From positions 1 through 43,756 of the forward strand of contig SCTT01000232.1 in the NCBI GenBank assembly GCA_004322435.1: a stretch of DNA of 43,756 nt, given 5' to 3'. This document shows positions 15,013-23,846 of the stretch, piece after piece. The notes below the pieces were generated by a model, which saw only the letters and a program-made list of their open reading frames with translations, was not told where the DNA came from and searched no databases. The stretch's first letter is position 1; the number at the start of each line of letters is the position of its first letter. The stretch comes from a bacterium (lineage in GTDB: Bacteria > Elusimicrobiota > Elusimicrobia > UBA1565). Made by a program: the position numbers and the translations under genes.

Positions 15013-15567
15013 ATGAGGAAACTGATCGTCGCGGTTTTGACGTGCGGCCTGCTGGCCGCGGGCGGCGCGGCCCTGCGCGCCGAGGACAAGGAGGGCGGCG
15101 AGAAGCCCGGCTGGCGCGGGCATGGGCCGATGGCGGAACTCACCGCCGAGCAGCGGGCCTCGATGAAGGCGGCCTGGCGCGCGCACCGCGACGCGGTGAC
15201 GCCGCTTAAGGACAAGCTCGACGACGAACTCGAGCGCCTCAAGGGCTTAGTCGAGAAGGCCGGGCCGGACAAGGACCTGACCGCCTCGGTCGACAAGGTC
15301 AAGGAGCTCCACAAGGCCATCATGGCCGAGCGCGAGAAGTTCATGGAGAAGGCCGGCGCCTCGCTGACCCCCCTGCAGCGGGCCAAGGGCGCGCTGATGC
15401 TGGCGCGGCGCATGAAGGGCCATATGCGCGGCATGATGCGGGGTCCCGGCGGCGGCCCCGGGATGAAGCGGCGCGGCGGCGGGCCCGGCTGGCACGACGC
15501 GGTGTCGGATGACGACGACGGGCCCGGCGGGGATGACGACGAGGACGAAGGCCCCGAGCATCCGTAG
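15013..15567 (+). CDS. Spy/CpxP-family periplasmic chaperone-like protein with a Gly/Met/Arg and poly-Asp tail (184 aa)
   Basis: GGAGGA lies 5 nt before ATG15013. The signal peptide is MRKLIVAVLTCGLLAAGGAALRA. There are two LTxxQ motifs (LTAEQRASM and LTPLQRAK). I prefer the internal ATG to the ORF-track start at 14986. Confidence 0.7.
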   Translation: MRKLIVAVLTCGLLAAGGAALRAEDKEGGEKPGWRGHGPMAELTAEQRASMKAAWRAHRDAVTPLKDKLDDELERLKGLVEKAGPDKDLTASVDKVKELHKAIMAEREKFMEKAGASLTPLQRAKGALMLARRMKGHMRGMMRGPGGGPGMKRRGGGPGWHDAVSDDDDGPGGDDDEDEGPEHP

Positions 15568-15584
15568 GGATATCCAGCGAAAAC

Positions 15585-15619
15585 GGGGGGCGGCTCCTTG
15601 GAGCCGCCCCCCTTTCGTT
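15585..15619 (+). terminator. Rho-independent terminator
   Basis: GGGGGGCGGCTCC / GGAGCCGCCCCCC form an inverted repeat (12-13 bp stem), followed by TTTCGTT. It lies 18 nt after the stop of the Spy-like gene. Confidence 0.75.
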
Positions 15620-15697
15620 GGGCCTTAGGGCCCAGACGGGAGGCTCCCGGGCGGCCCTCTCCGACGGAGGGCTCCCCCCGTACCCTAATAAGCAGCA

Positions 15698-17089
15698 ATG
15701 GCAATCCCGTCTCTGCGCCGCGTCATCGCCCTGGCCCTGTCGGCCGCCCTCGTCTCGGCGGCCCCCGGCCTGGCGCCGTACGAGGCCTTCGCGCAGGTCG
15801 TCACCCGGACCGCCCCGAGCGTCGCCCCGGTCGTCCCCGGCGCCGCCGGCCTGGCCCCGGTCGCAGCCCCGACCCTGGCGTTTTCTCTCGCCCCCAGTCT
15901 GCCTACGGGGCTCTCCGCCGGCCTGACGCTCCCGAATGCCGTCGTGCCCCGCGCGGCCGCCGCCGCTTCCGCGGCTTCGGCCGCGCCCGTCGCCCGCGCC
16001 GCCCAGGCCGCTCCCGCCGCCGTGCTTCCCGCGGCGCGCCCGGCGTCGGTCTCACTTCCGCTTAAGACCGAAGCCGCGGACGCCCCGCGGGCCGAAGCCG
16101 TCCCCGACGCCTTCTCATCCCTACAGGCCGTCACGCGCGAAGCCGCTCCGGCCCGTCAGGGCGCGGCGCCCACGCTCGAGTCGGCTTCCTCCGCCCTCTT
16201 CGACGGGTCCGCCCGCCGGCCCGGCCTGGCCAACGCCGTCGCGGAACCCGAAGGGAAGGGGCCGGCCCGCCGCGGCGTCGGCCTCGCCCTCAAGCGCGCG
16301 ACGGCCGTCGGCGCGCTCGTCGTCGGCCTGCGGATGGCGGCCCCGAACATCCCCGGCATCCCGGCCGACACCGGATTCTGGACGCGCGCGCTCGACGTCG
16401 TCGGCCGCGGCGGCTACTGGCTCGGCAACGCGATGGCCTTCGCGTTCGCCGTCCCGCAGATCTACAAGACCTTCCGGGACGGCGGCGCGGGCAAGGTCCC
16501 GGTGTGGCGCGCCGTGGTCGGCGCCTCGGCGTCGCTGGCGCTGGGGCTCCTGTCGGCGCCTTTGGCCAAGCAGATGTTCTGGGGCGTGCAGAACATCTTC
16601 GGGGGCTTGGCGCTGGCCGCGCCCATCCTCATCGGCGCCTATCTGGCGCGCAAAGGCCTCAAGTTCTCGGCCAAGAAGGCCGCCGCGCTGACCGCGGCCA
16701 CCGCGACGCTCCTGTTCGCCCCCGCCTTCGCGATGTACGCGGCGGCCGCGGAGCTCGTCCCGGCCGCCATCAACGCGGCCGCGGCCGGCCCCATCGCCCT
16801 GGGGCTCCAGATCGCCACGGGCGCGGCCTTCTTCCTGCTCTTCGTGCCGGACATCATCGCCATCGTCAAGGGCCGCGCGCCCAAGGGCTTCACGAGCATG
16901 TTCAGCATGCTCTTCGCGCTGGCCTCCATCGGGTTCATCGCCTGGACCCTGCAGATGGCCGCGGCGGCGCCGGCGGGCTCCTCGGAGCGCGTCCAGTTCC
17001 TCATCTACGCCGCGCAGAACGCGGCCTACGCCGTGGTGTCGCTCTTGAGCTGGTTCTACATCCGGCGCGCCGAGCGCAAGAAGGCTTAA
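15698..17089 (+). CDS. Membrane protein with a PQ-loop-like C-terminal multi-TM domain and a ~200-aa Ala/Pro-rich N-terminal region (463 aa)
   Basis: The signal-like N-terminus is MAIPSLRRVIALALSAALVSAAPG. A long low-complexity A/P/S region follows. There are several hydrophobic helices, with AFAVPQIYKTFRDG (a PQ motif) and a second related helix pair (LFVPDIIAIVKGR). The true start is uncertain. Confidence 0.6.
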   Translation: MAIPSLRRVIALALSAALVSAAPGLAPYEAFAQVVTRTAPSVAPVVPGAAGLAPVAAPTLAFSLAPSLPTGLSAGLTLPNAVVPRAAAAASAASAAPVARAAQAAPAAVLPAARPASVSLPLKTEAADAPRAEAVPDAFSSLQAVTREAAPARQGAAPTLESASSALFDGSARRPGLANAVAEPEGKGPARRGVGLALKRATAVGALVVGLRMAAPNIPGIPADTGFWTRALDVVGRGGYWLGNAMAFAFAVPQIYKTFRDGGAGKVPVWRAVVGASASLALGLLSAPLAKQMFWGVQNIFGGLALAAPILIGAYLARKGLKFSAKKAAALTAATATLLFAPAFAMYAAAAELVPAAINAAAAGPIALGLQIATGAAFFLLFVPDIIAIVKGRAPKGFTSMFSMLFALASIGFIAWTLQMAAAAPAGSSERVQFLIYAAQNAAYAVVSLLSWFYIRRAERKKA

Positions 17090-17928
17090 GCCGTCAGCTC
17101 TTCGCTGAGCGCCCACAGGCGCTCGGCCGCGGCGTCGTCTAGGGCCGGCGGGCGCGGAGCCTTCTCCCGAGACTTGGCGAAGTAGCGCCCCGACACGCCC
17201 TCCGCCTCGGGCGAGGCGGCCAGGTGGACGATGGTCTCGGCGCCCTGTTCGGCGGTCAGCAAGAACGGCCGGGCCAGTCGGACGAACAGTCCGACGATGC
17301 CTTTGGAGTCGGCCCCGAAGCCCGTCGCGACGACGCCGGGGTGGAGCGCATTGGCCGTCACGCCCGAGCCCGCGAGGCGCTTGGCGAGCGCGCGCGTGAA
17401 GAGGATGTTCGCGAGCTTGGTCTCGCCGTAGCGCAGCATCGGCACGAAGCGCTTCTCGGCCTTGAGGTCGTCGAAAGGAAATCCCGCCGCCGAGCGGTGC
17501 GCGTCCGAGGCCACCACCACGACCCGCGCGGGAGCCGAGGCCTTCAGGCGCTCGGTGAGGAGCTTGGTGAAGAGGAAGTAGGAGAGGTGGTTTAAGGCCA
17601 GCGTCGCCTCGTGGCCCTCGGCCGTCATCCGGCGCTCCGGCATGATGGCCCCGGCGTTGTTGACGAGCACGTCCAGGCGCGGGCAAAGCGCGAGCACCTC
17701 GGCCGCGGCCCGGCGCGTCTCGGACATCAGCGAGAGGTCCGCGACGACCGTGTCCACGGAGACTCCCGTCGCTCGCACCGCGTCGGCGGCGTCGGCGCAG
17801 CGCCGCCGGTCGCGGCCCACGAGCACGAGGCGCGCCCCGCGCCGGCCGAGCTCCACCGCGGCGGCCTTCCCGATGCCGTTGGTGGCTCCCGTCACGACGA
17901 CGGTCTTGCCCTTCAAGTCCCAAGCCAT
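17086..17928 (-). CDS. Short-chain dehydrogenase/reductase (retinol-dehydrogenase-like SDR), 280 aa
   Basis: TGATNGIG (TGxxxGxG), NNAG (VLVNNAG) and YGETK (YxxxK) are present. It converges on the upstream gene with a 4-nt overlap. Confidence 0.88.
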   Translation of the reverse strand: MAWDLKGKTVVVTGATNGIGKAAAVELGRRGARLVLVGRDRRRCADAADAVRATGVSVDTVVADLSLMSETRRAAAEVLALCPRLDVLVNNAGAIMPERRMTAEGHEATLALNHLSYFLFTKLLTERLKASAPARVVVVASDAHRSAAGFPFDDLKAEKRFVPMLRYGETKLANILFTRALAKRLAGSGVTANALHPGVVATGFGADSKGIVGLFVRLARPFLLTAEQGAETIVHLAASPEAEGVSGRYFAKSREKAPRPPALDDAAAERLWALSEELTA

Positions 17929-17991
17929 GGGCCGATGGTAGCGAAGTTTCCGCGCCTTGAACGAGGGGGGCTTTTCGGGTACAACCCCGGC

Positions 17992-19164
17992 ATGGGCAAG
18001 ACCCTGCTCCTCTTCGCCCTAGCGGTATGGGCGGCGGCCCCGGCGGCGGTCCGCCTTAAGACCGACGACCCGGCGCGCTTTCACCGCTACTACGAGCGCA
18101 GCAACCGCCTCCTCTACGTGGGAGGGGAGTATCCCGCCAAGACGGGCCTGGGGGTCTTCGAGGTGGCGACGGGCAAGTCCCGCCTGTTCACCTTCCCCGA
18201 GCAGTTCCTGCCGGGCCCCTTCCTCACCCTGGAAGACCAGGACCAGGCCCTGGTCGAATCCGAGGACCACTCGGACGGCCAGGGCTCGTCCTTCATCCAG
18301 CGCGTGGACTTAAAAGACGGCACGGTCCTCGGCCGCATCCCTTTGGGGGAGGGCGTCGGCCTGGCCGGCCTCGGCCGCCCGGCCTGGTCGCGCGAGGCCT
18401 TCCTCATCCTGACCGCCCGCGACAGGACGTTCCTCAAGACCCTCGACCCGGCCACCGGCGCCGCTCAGGAGTCGCGGCTCCTGGGGGCCTTCCGGACGGT
18501 CCACGCCGTCTTCGACGAGACGGGCCCCTGGGCCGTCCTCCGCGTCGAGGAGAAGGGGAAGTCCCGGTTCTTGGTCGTCGACTTGCGCGCGGGAAAGGTC
18601 CTGCGCGACTTCCCCACGGAGACGGGCTTTGACGGCCTCGTGGGCGGGGCCGGCGGCATCTTGGCCCATGCTCGGCTGCCGGGCGAGACCACCACCGTCC
18701 TCACCCGGCTCGATCCCGCCGCCGGGACCGCGCGCGAGCTCGGGCGCTGCGAAGGCGAACTCGAGAACCTGATGGAGGCCGGCGGACGGGTCTACGTGCT
18801 CTCCCGGGACACGTCCGTGCCGCCCGTCGACAAGCTCCTCCGCGAGAGGCTCCTGGTCGTCTTCGACGAGAGGCGTCCCGGCCCGCCCCAGACGCTCCGC
18901 TGGACCAAACGCCTGGGCGAGTTCGCCGGGTATTCGGCGGCGGCGGGAAAGCTCTACTTCGCCGCGACCGAGCCCTCGAGCGTCTGGGAGCTGCCCGCCG
19001 ACCCCGCGGGGCTCCCGGCGGCGGTCCAGGAGCTCGACCGCCGCACCGGCGAGTTCTGGGGTTCCGACCGGCAGTCTTGGGTCCTGGGCGGCCTGGCCGT
19101 CGTCGTGCTCTTCGGCATCGCGCTGGCCGTAGCGATGCGGCCGGCCTGCAAGAGCTGCGGCTAA
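17992..19164 (+). CDS. Hypothetical exported protein with a C-terminal TM anchor (390 aa)
   Basis: I chose the internal ATG that gives signal peptide MGKTLLLFALAVWAAAPAAV. A beta-rich repetitive body follows. The C-terminal helix is WVLGGLAVVVLFGIALAVAM, and the protein ends CKSCG. Confidence 0.6.
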   Translation: MGKTLLLFALAVWAAAPAAVRLKTDDPARFHRYYERSNRLLYVGGEYPAKTGLGVFEVATGKSRLFTFPEQFLPGPFLTLEDQDQALVESEDHSDGQGSSFIQRVDLKDGTVLGRIPLGEGVGLAGLGRPAWSREAFLILTARDRTFLKTLDPATGAAQESRLLGAFRTVHAVFDETGPWAVLRVEEKGKSRFLVVDLRAGKVLRDFPTETGFDGLVGGAGGILAHARLPGETTTVLTRLDPAAGTARELGRCEGELENLMEAGGRVYVLSRDTSVPPVDKLLRERLLVVFDERRPGPPQTLRWTKRLGEFAGYSAAAGKLYFAATEPSSVWELPADPAGLPAAVQELDRRTGEFWGSDRQSWVLGGLAVVVLFGIALAVAMRPACKSCG

Positions 19165-19168
19165 AATT

Positions 19169-19198
19169 TATACTTGAAAATTACCAGTATGACTGGTA
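19169..19198 (+). promoter_or_regulatory. AT-rich promoter/operator: TATACT -10-like box plus the perfect palindrome TACCAGT-ATG-ACTGGTA
   Basis: The only strongly AT-rich intergenic island in this part of the window is 19165-19214. TATACT is at 19169-19174, and a 7-bp-arm inverted repeat is at 19182-19198. Both lie upstream of ATG19215. Confidence 0.4.
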
Positions 19199-19214
19199 TA
19201 TTTCAATTATAACT

Positions 19215-20369
19215 ATGCTCGCCCGCCCACAGCTGGAAGCCCGCCTGAGCGAGGCCCTCAAGACCGCGCCGGTCACCCTCCTCTTGGGTCCGCGCCAATG
19301 CGGCAAGACGACGCTCGCCCGGAGCGTCGCCGCCGGCCGTAAGGCCCGGTTCTTTGACCTGGAAGATCCGGAGACCGAACTGCGGGCCGAGACGGCGTCG
19401 TTGACGCTGCGCGGCCTCAAGGGCCTCGTCGTCATCGACGAATGCCAGCGCCTCCCGGCCATCCTGCCGCTCTTGCGGGTGCTCGCGGACCGGCGCCCGC
19501 TGCCGGCGCGCTTTCTCCTGCTTGGGAGCGCGTCGCCCGAGCTGGTCCGCGGGGCGTCGGAGTCTTTGGCCGGGCGGGCGGCGCACGTCGAGATGGGCGG
19601 TTTCTCTCTGGATGAGGCGGGCGGCCCGAGCGCCGGGCGGCTGTGGATGCGCGGCGGCTTCCCGCGCTCGTTCACGGCCTCCTCGGACGAGAGGAGCCTG
19701 CGCTGGCGTCTCGACTTCATCCAGACGCTGCTCGAGCGCGACCTCCCAAACCTGGGCGTCCGCATCCCCGCCCCCGCCCTGCGCCGCTTCTGGACGATGC
19801 TCGCCCACTTCCATGGGCGGACCTGGAACGCCTCCGAACTGGCCCGCTCGATGGGGACGCAGGAGGCGACCGCGCGCCGCTACCTCGACGTCCTGACGGG
19901 CGCCTACATGGTCCGCCAGCTCCAGCCCTGGTTCGAAAACACCGGCAAGCGGCTCGTGAAGGCCCCGAAGGTCTACTTCCGGGACTGCGGCCTGCTCCAC
20001 GCGCTCCTGGGACTGCGCGGCGGCGCCGACCTGCGGCGCCATCCGGCGCTCGGCTTCTCGTGGGAGGGGTTCGCGCTCGAGCAGGTCGTGCGCTGGACGC
20101 GGGCGGACCAGGACGCCTATTTCTACGCCACGCACGCCGGAACCGAGCTGGACCTGCTGGTCGTCCGCGGCGGGCGCCGCTACGGCTTCGAGTTCAAGTA
20201 CGCCGACGCCCCCAAGACGACGAAGTCCATGCGCATGGCCATGGCGGACTTGCGCCTCGAGCGGCTCTGGGTCGTGCATCCGGGAGAACGGGAGGAGCGG
20301 TTGGACGAGACCATCGATTCGACGCCTCTGGCCCGGCTGCCCCGGGCCTTGGCGACGGCGGGGCTGTGA
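19215..20369 (+). CDS. AAA_14 / DUF4143-family ATPase (384 aa)
   Basis: Walker A is LLLGPRQCGKTT and Walker B is LVVIDECQ. The C-terminal region is typical of DUF4143 ATPases (..YFRDCGLLHALLG..FEFK..). The start is at the internal ATG after the AT-rich island. Confidence 0.8.
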   Translation: MLARPQLEARLSEALKTAPVTLLLGPRQCGKTTLARSVAAGRKARFFDLEDPETELRAETASLTLRGLKGLVVIDECQRLPAILPLLRVLADRRPLPARFLLLGSASPELVRGASESLAGRAAHVEMGGFSLDEAGGPSAGRLWMRGGFPRSFTASSDERSLRWRLDFIQTLLERDLPNLGVRIPAPALRRFWTMLAHFHGRTWNASELARSMGTQEATARRYLDVLTGAYMVRQLQPWFENTGKRLVKAPKVYFRDCGLLHALLGLRGGADLRRHPALGFSWEGFALEQVVRWTRADQDAYFYATHAGTELDLLVVRGGRRYGFEFKYADAPKTTKSMRMAMADLRLERLWVVHPGEREERLDETIDSTPLARLPRALATAGL

Positions 20370-21001
20370 CGAGCGTCGTGCTGGGCGGCTCGGGGCTCGT
20401 CGGCGGGGAGCTGCTCAAGGTCATCGGCTCCGCCACGGCGCTCGTGCGGCGGCCTTTGACGGCGCCCGCGGGGGTGGTCGTGTCCGTCGTGGATTTTGCG
20501 AACCTCCCGCCTGGCGCGCTGTCGGCCTCCGACCTCTACTGCTGCCTGGGCACGACCATCGCGAAGGCCGGCGGGCAGGCGGCGTTCCGGGCGGTGGACT
20601 ACGACCTGCCTTTGGCTTTGGCGCGGAAGGCGTCGAGCGAGGGCGCGCGACGGCTCTTCCTAGTCACGGCCAACGGCGCGAACGCGCGCTCGTCCGTGTT
20701 CTACAACCGCGTCAAAGGCGAGTTGGAGGAGGCCGTGTCGGCGCTGGGGTTTGCGACCGTGCACATCCTGCGCCCGTCGCTCCTTCTGGGAGCTCGGAAC
20801 GAAAGCCGGCCCGCCGAAGCCGTGGCGCAGAGGCTCGCCCCGTTCTTGTCGCCGCTGATGGTCGGGCCGCTCAGGCGCTACCGGCCCATCGAGGCCGCGG
20901 CGGTCGCCCGGGCGATGGTCGCCCTGGCCGCCGGGTCCGAGACGGGCGTGCGCGTCCACGAGAACGAACGGCTGCTGGAGCTGGCCGACTCCGTCCGCTA
21001 G
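20366..21001 (+). CDS. NAD(P)H-binding (atypical SDR / HTATIP2-like) oxidoreductase (211 aa)
   Basis: The GTG start overlaps the upstream stop (GTGA). The Gly-rich N-terminus is VVLGGSGLVGGE, followed by ..YNRVKGELEE..ILRPSLLLG. Confidence 0.65.
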   Translation: MTSVVLGGSGLVGGELLKVIGSATALVRRPLTAPAGVVVSVVDFANLPPGALSASDLYCCLGTTIAKAGGQAAFRAVDYDLPLALARKASSEGARRLFLVTANGANARSSVFYNRVKGELEEAVSALGFATVHILRPSLLLGARNESRPAEAVAQRLAPFLSPLMVGPLRRYRPIEAAAVARAMVALAAGSETGVRVHENERLLELADSVR

Positions 21002-22506
21002 ACGTGCTTTAAGGCCTTCTTCGCGGCCTCGATGCCGAAGAGCGCGCCGTAGGCCACGTCCGAGACCTCGCCCGAGCTGTCGCTGTGCGCGAAGTAGATG
21101 GGACCGAAGTCCGCGCGTGAGGCGGGCTGGAGCTTCGTGTAGCTGCCCGGGATGGACATCGGCATCGGGTGGCCGCGGCGGAACATCCGCACCTCGGCCA
21201 GGTGGTCCACGCAGCCGGGGACGGCGACGGCCAATTCCTCGACGGCCTTCTGGGCGCGGTAGAGCGACTCCTCGTCGTCTAGGAGGTCGGCGCGCTCCTT
21301 CTCGAGGACGGGCGCGTAGAGCGTCAGGATCTGGGGCTTGTCCGGGTCGCCCTTCTCGCCGTTGGTGACCCAGTCGGCCTGCACGAAGTCGGTGAAGTAC
21401 TTGGAGCCCACGGGCCAGTTGTCGTAGCCCATGTTCCAGACGCGCTTGGTGAAGCAGCAGGTGAGGACCGAGTAGGGCGCGTAGCGCATCGCGGCCATAG
21501 CGGCGTCCTGCTCCTTGGGCAGCCCCGGCACGAGGCGGCGCGCCATGTACTTGGGCGCGCACATCACGACGGACTTGGCCGTCACCGCCTCGAGCTTGCC
21601 GTCCTTCATGAACGTGACGACGGCGCCCTTGCCCTTCTTCTTGACGGAGACCACGGTCGCCCCGAAGACGTAGCGCTTGCGGTCTTCTTCGGAGGTCTGC
21701 TCCCAGACCTTGCGGGAGATGATCCCCAGGCCGCCCTCGAAGGTGTAGCGCTGGCTCTTGGGCCAGTCGCGCGCGCCCTGGATGCCCAGATAGGCCGAGG
21801 TGTGCTCGGTGCGCGCGCCCCAGTTCGACGGCCCGAAGGCGTCCCAGTAGGCCTTAAGCGGCTCGGGCGCGCCCTTGAAGAAGTCGGAGAAGGGCATGAG
21901 GTCGAGCTTGTCCTTCTCCTTCTCGATGTCGATGGCCTCGAGGCCCTTGAGCCAGTCGCGGAAGCCCTTCTTGACCGAGTCCGGGTAGGGGAGCTTCTCG
22001 ATGAGCGGGCTGTCGGCCTTGCCGTCCCAGAAGTCCTTGATCCACACGCCCTCGAAGCTGGCGGCGTCGGCGCCGGTGATGGGCTTCATATCGAGCTTCC
22101 AGCCCTTGAAGAGCGCGTCCACCTCGGGCGAGAAGACCGAGGCCCAGGCCGAGCCGGTGCAGTAGTCGAGGCCGTTCCAGGTCTCGGCCACCGCGTTGCC
22201 GCCGATGACGGGCTCCTTCTCGAGGACCAAATAGTCTGAGCCGCGCAGGGCCCCGGCGGCGGCGTAGCCGCTGGGGCCGGCGCCGACGACCACGACGTCC
22301 ACCTTCTTGGAAGGCTTCGGCATCGCCGGGAGCTTGTGGTCGCGCACCGCGTGGCAGACCGCGTTCTGCTCGCCGCCGAGCTTGGGAGGGGCCGAGGGCG
22401 GCCCGCCGGGCCCGCCCGGCTCGGCGCCGGAGACGGGGAACGGGCAGGCCATCGCGGCCCCGGAGCCCAGGACCCATTTGATGAAGGACTTTCTGGTGAG
22501 GGCCAT
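20998..22506 (-). CDS. FAD-dependent amine-oxidase-like oxidoreductase with a Tat-like signal peptide (502 aa)
   Basis: The N-terminus is MALTRKSFIKWVLGSGAAMA (S/T-R-K-x-F-I-K, Tat-like). The dinucleotide fold is VDVVVVGAGPSGYAAAG..LEKEPVIGGN. The start overlaps the gabT stop (TGATG). Confidence 0.75.
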   Translation of the reverse strand: MALTRKSFIKWVLGSGAAMACPFPVSGAEPGGPGGPPSAPPKLGGEQNAVCHAVRDHKLPAMPKPSKKVDVVVVGAGPSGYAAAGALRGSDYLVLEKEPVIGGNAVAETWNGLDYCTGSAWASVFSPEVDALFKGWKLDMKPITGADAASFEGVWIKDFWDGKADSPLIEKLPYPDSVKKGFRDWLKGLEAIDIEKEKDKLDLMPFSDFFKGAPEPLKAYWDAFGPSNWGARTEHTSAYLGIQGARDWPKSQRYTFEGGLGIISRKVWEQTSEEDRKRYVFGATVVSVKKKGKGAVVTFMKDGKLEAVTAKSVVMCAPKYMARRLVPGLPKEQDAAMAAMRYAPYSVLTCCFTKRVWNMGYDNWPVGSKYFTDFVQADWVTNGEKGDPDKPQILTLYAPVLEKERADLLDDEESLYRAQKAVEELAVAVPGCVDHLAEVRMFRRGHPMPMSIPGSYTKLQPASRADFGPIYFAHSDSSGEVSDVAYGALFGIEAAKKALKHV

Positions 22507-23846
22507 CAGCGGAGCTCCTTGAGTCCGGCTTCGAGGACGCCCAGCGCCTCGGCCAACTCGGCGTCGGTGATGACGAGGGGGGGCAGGAGACGCAGGCAGT
22601 TGCCGTAGGAGCCGGCGGTCAGCACCACGACGCCGTGCTCGCAGGCGTACTTGGCCAGGGCCTTGGCGGCGTCGGCGTCCGGTTCGCCGCCGGCCTTCAC
22701 GAGCTCGAAGGCCAGCATCGGCCCGAGGCCCCTGACGTCGCCGACCTTGGCGGATGCCTTCTTGAAGCCCTCAAGCGATCGGCGCATCGAGGCGCCGAGC
22801 TCCTTGACGCGCTTGAGGAACTTGGGGTCGGCGAAGAGGTCGAGCACCGCGAGCGCGGCGGCGACCGCCACGGGATTGCCGCCGAAGGTCCCGCCGATAC
22901 CGCCCTCGACGGGCGCGTCCATCATCTCGGCGCGGCCGACGACGGCCGAGACGGGCATCCCGCCGCCCAGGCCCTTGGCCGTCGTCAGGAGGTCGGGGAC
23001 GAGGCCCAGCTGCTCCGAGGCGAACAGGGTCCCGGTGCGGCCGAAGCCGCACTGGATCTCGTCGGCGATGAGGACGACGCCGTTGGCCGTGCACCACTGA
23101 CGCAAGAGCGCCAGGAAGGCCTTGTCGGCGGGCAGGAACCCGCCCTCGCCGACGACCGGCTCGATGATGACCGCGGCCAGCTGGCTCGGCATCGTCTGGA
23201 CGGCGGCCACGTCGAGGAACTTCTTGAAGGCGGCCTGGGCGTCCAGGCCCCCGGGCGCGTAGGGGTAGGGCGCGCGGTAGACGTCCGAGCACAGCGGCGC
23301 GAAGCCGTACTTGTAGGGCTTGGCCTTGCCCGTCAAAGTCATCGCCATGTACGTGCGGCCGTGGAAGGCGTGCTCGAAGCAGAGGATGCCGGCGCGTCCG
23401 GTGTGCGCGCGGGCGATCTTCACCGCGTTCTCGACGGCCTCGGCGCCGGAGTTGGCGAGGAAGGTCTTCTTCGCGTGCGTGCCGGGGGCCGCGGCGTTCA
23501 GGCGCTCGGCGAGCGTCACGTAGGACTCGTAGGGCGTCGTGTTGAAGCTCGCGTGGATGAGCTCGCCGGCCTGCGCGCGGACCGCGGCGACGACGGCCTC
23601 GGCGGTGTGGCCGGTGTTGACCACGCCGATGCCGGCGGCCAAATCGATCAAGACGTTCCCGTCGACGTCGGTCAACAGCGCCCCGTGGGCGCTCTTGACG
23701 AAGACCGGGGTCGCGTGGAACGGGCCGCGCGCGACGGCAGCCTTGCGCCGGGCCATGAGCGCCAGACTCTTCGGGCCGGGGACGGCGGTCTTCAAGCGGA
23801 TGGCCCCGGACGCCGCCGGGGCGGACTTCGTCTTAGTACCAGCCAA
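22506..23846 (-). CDS. gabT: 4-aminobutyrate--2-oxoglutarate aminotransferase (class III PLP aminotransferase), 446 aa
   Basis: It resembles GabT throughout: ..VFVKSAHGALLTDVDGNVLIDLAAGIGVVNTGH.., ..LIADEIQCGFGRTG.., and the PLP-Lys region LLTTAKGLGGGMP. Confidence 0.85.
   Translation of the reverse strand: MAGTKTKSAPAASGAIRLKTAVPGPKSLALMARRKAAVARGPFHATPVFVKSAHGALLTDVDGNVLIDLAAGIGVVNTGHTAEAVVAAVRAQAGELIHASFNTTPYESYVTLAERLNAAAPGTHAKKTFLANSGAEAVENAVKIARAHTGRAGILCFEHAFHGRTYMAMTLTGKAKPYKYGFAPLCSDVYRAPYPYAPGGLDAQAAFKKFLDVAAVQTMPSQLAAVIIEPVVGEGGFLPADKAFLALLRQWCTANGVVLIADEIQCGFGRTGTLFASEQLGLVPDLLTTAKGLGGGMPVSAVVGRAEMMDAPVEGGIGGTFGGNPVAVAAALAVLDLFADPKFLKRVKELGASMRRSLEGFKKASAKVGDVRGLGPMLAFELVKAGGEPDADAAKALAKYACEHGVVVLTAGSYGNCLRLLPPLVITDAELAEALGVLEAGLKELR

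Noticed and set aside
16121-17923. 600-aa minus-strand ORF spanning the PQ-loop gene and the SDR gene
   Set aside because: It is out of frame with the clearly motif-bearing SDR (17086-17928) and antisense to the membrane protein. Its sequence is Arg/Gly-rich.
19215-21001. DUF4143 ATPase and ORF6N gene (40560-40934) as markers of a mobile element or prophage
   Set aside because: No integrase, transposase, tRNA target, direct repeats or phage structural genes were seen nearby. Both genes have the same GC-rich composition as their neighbours.
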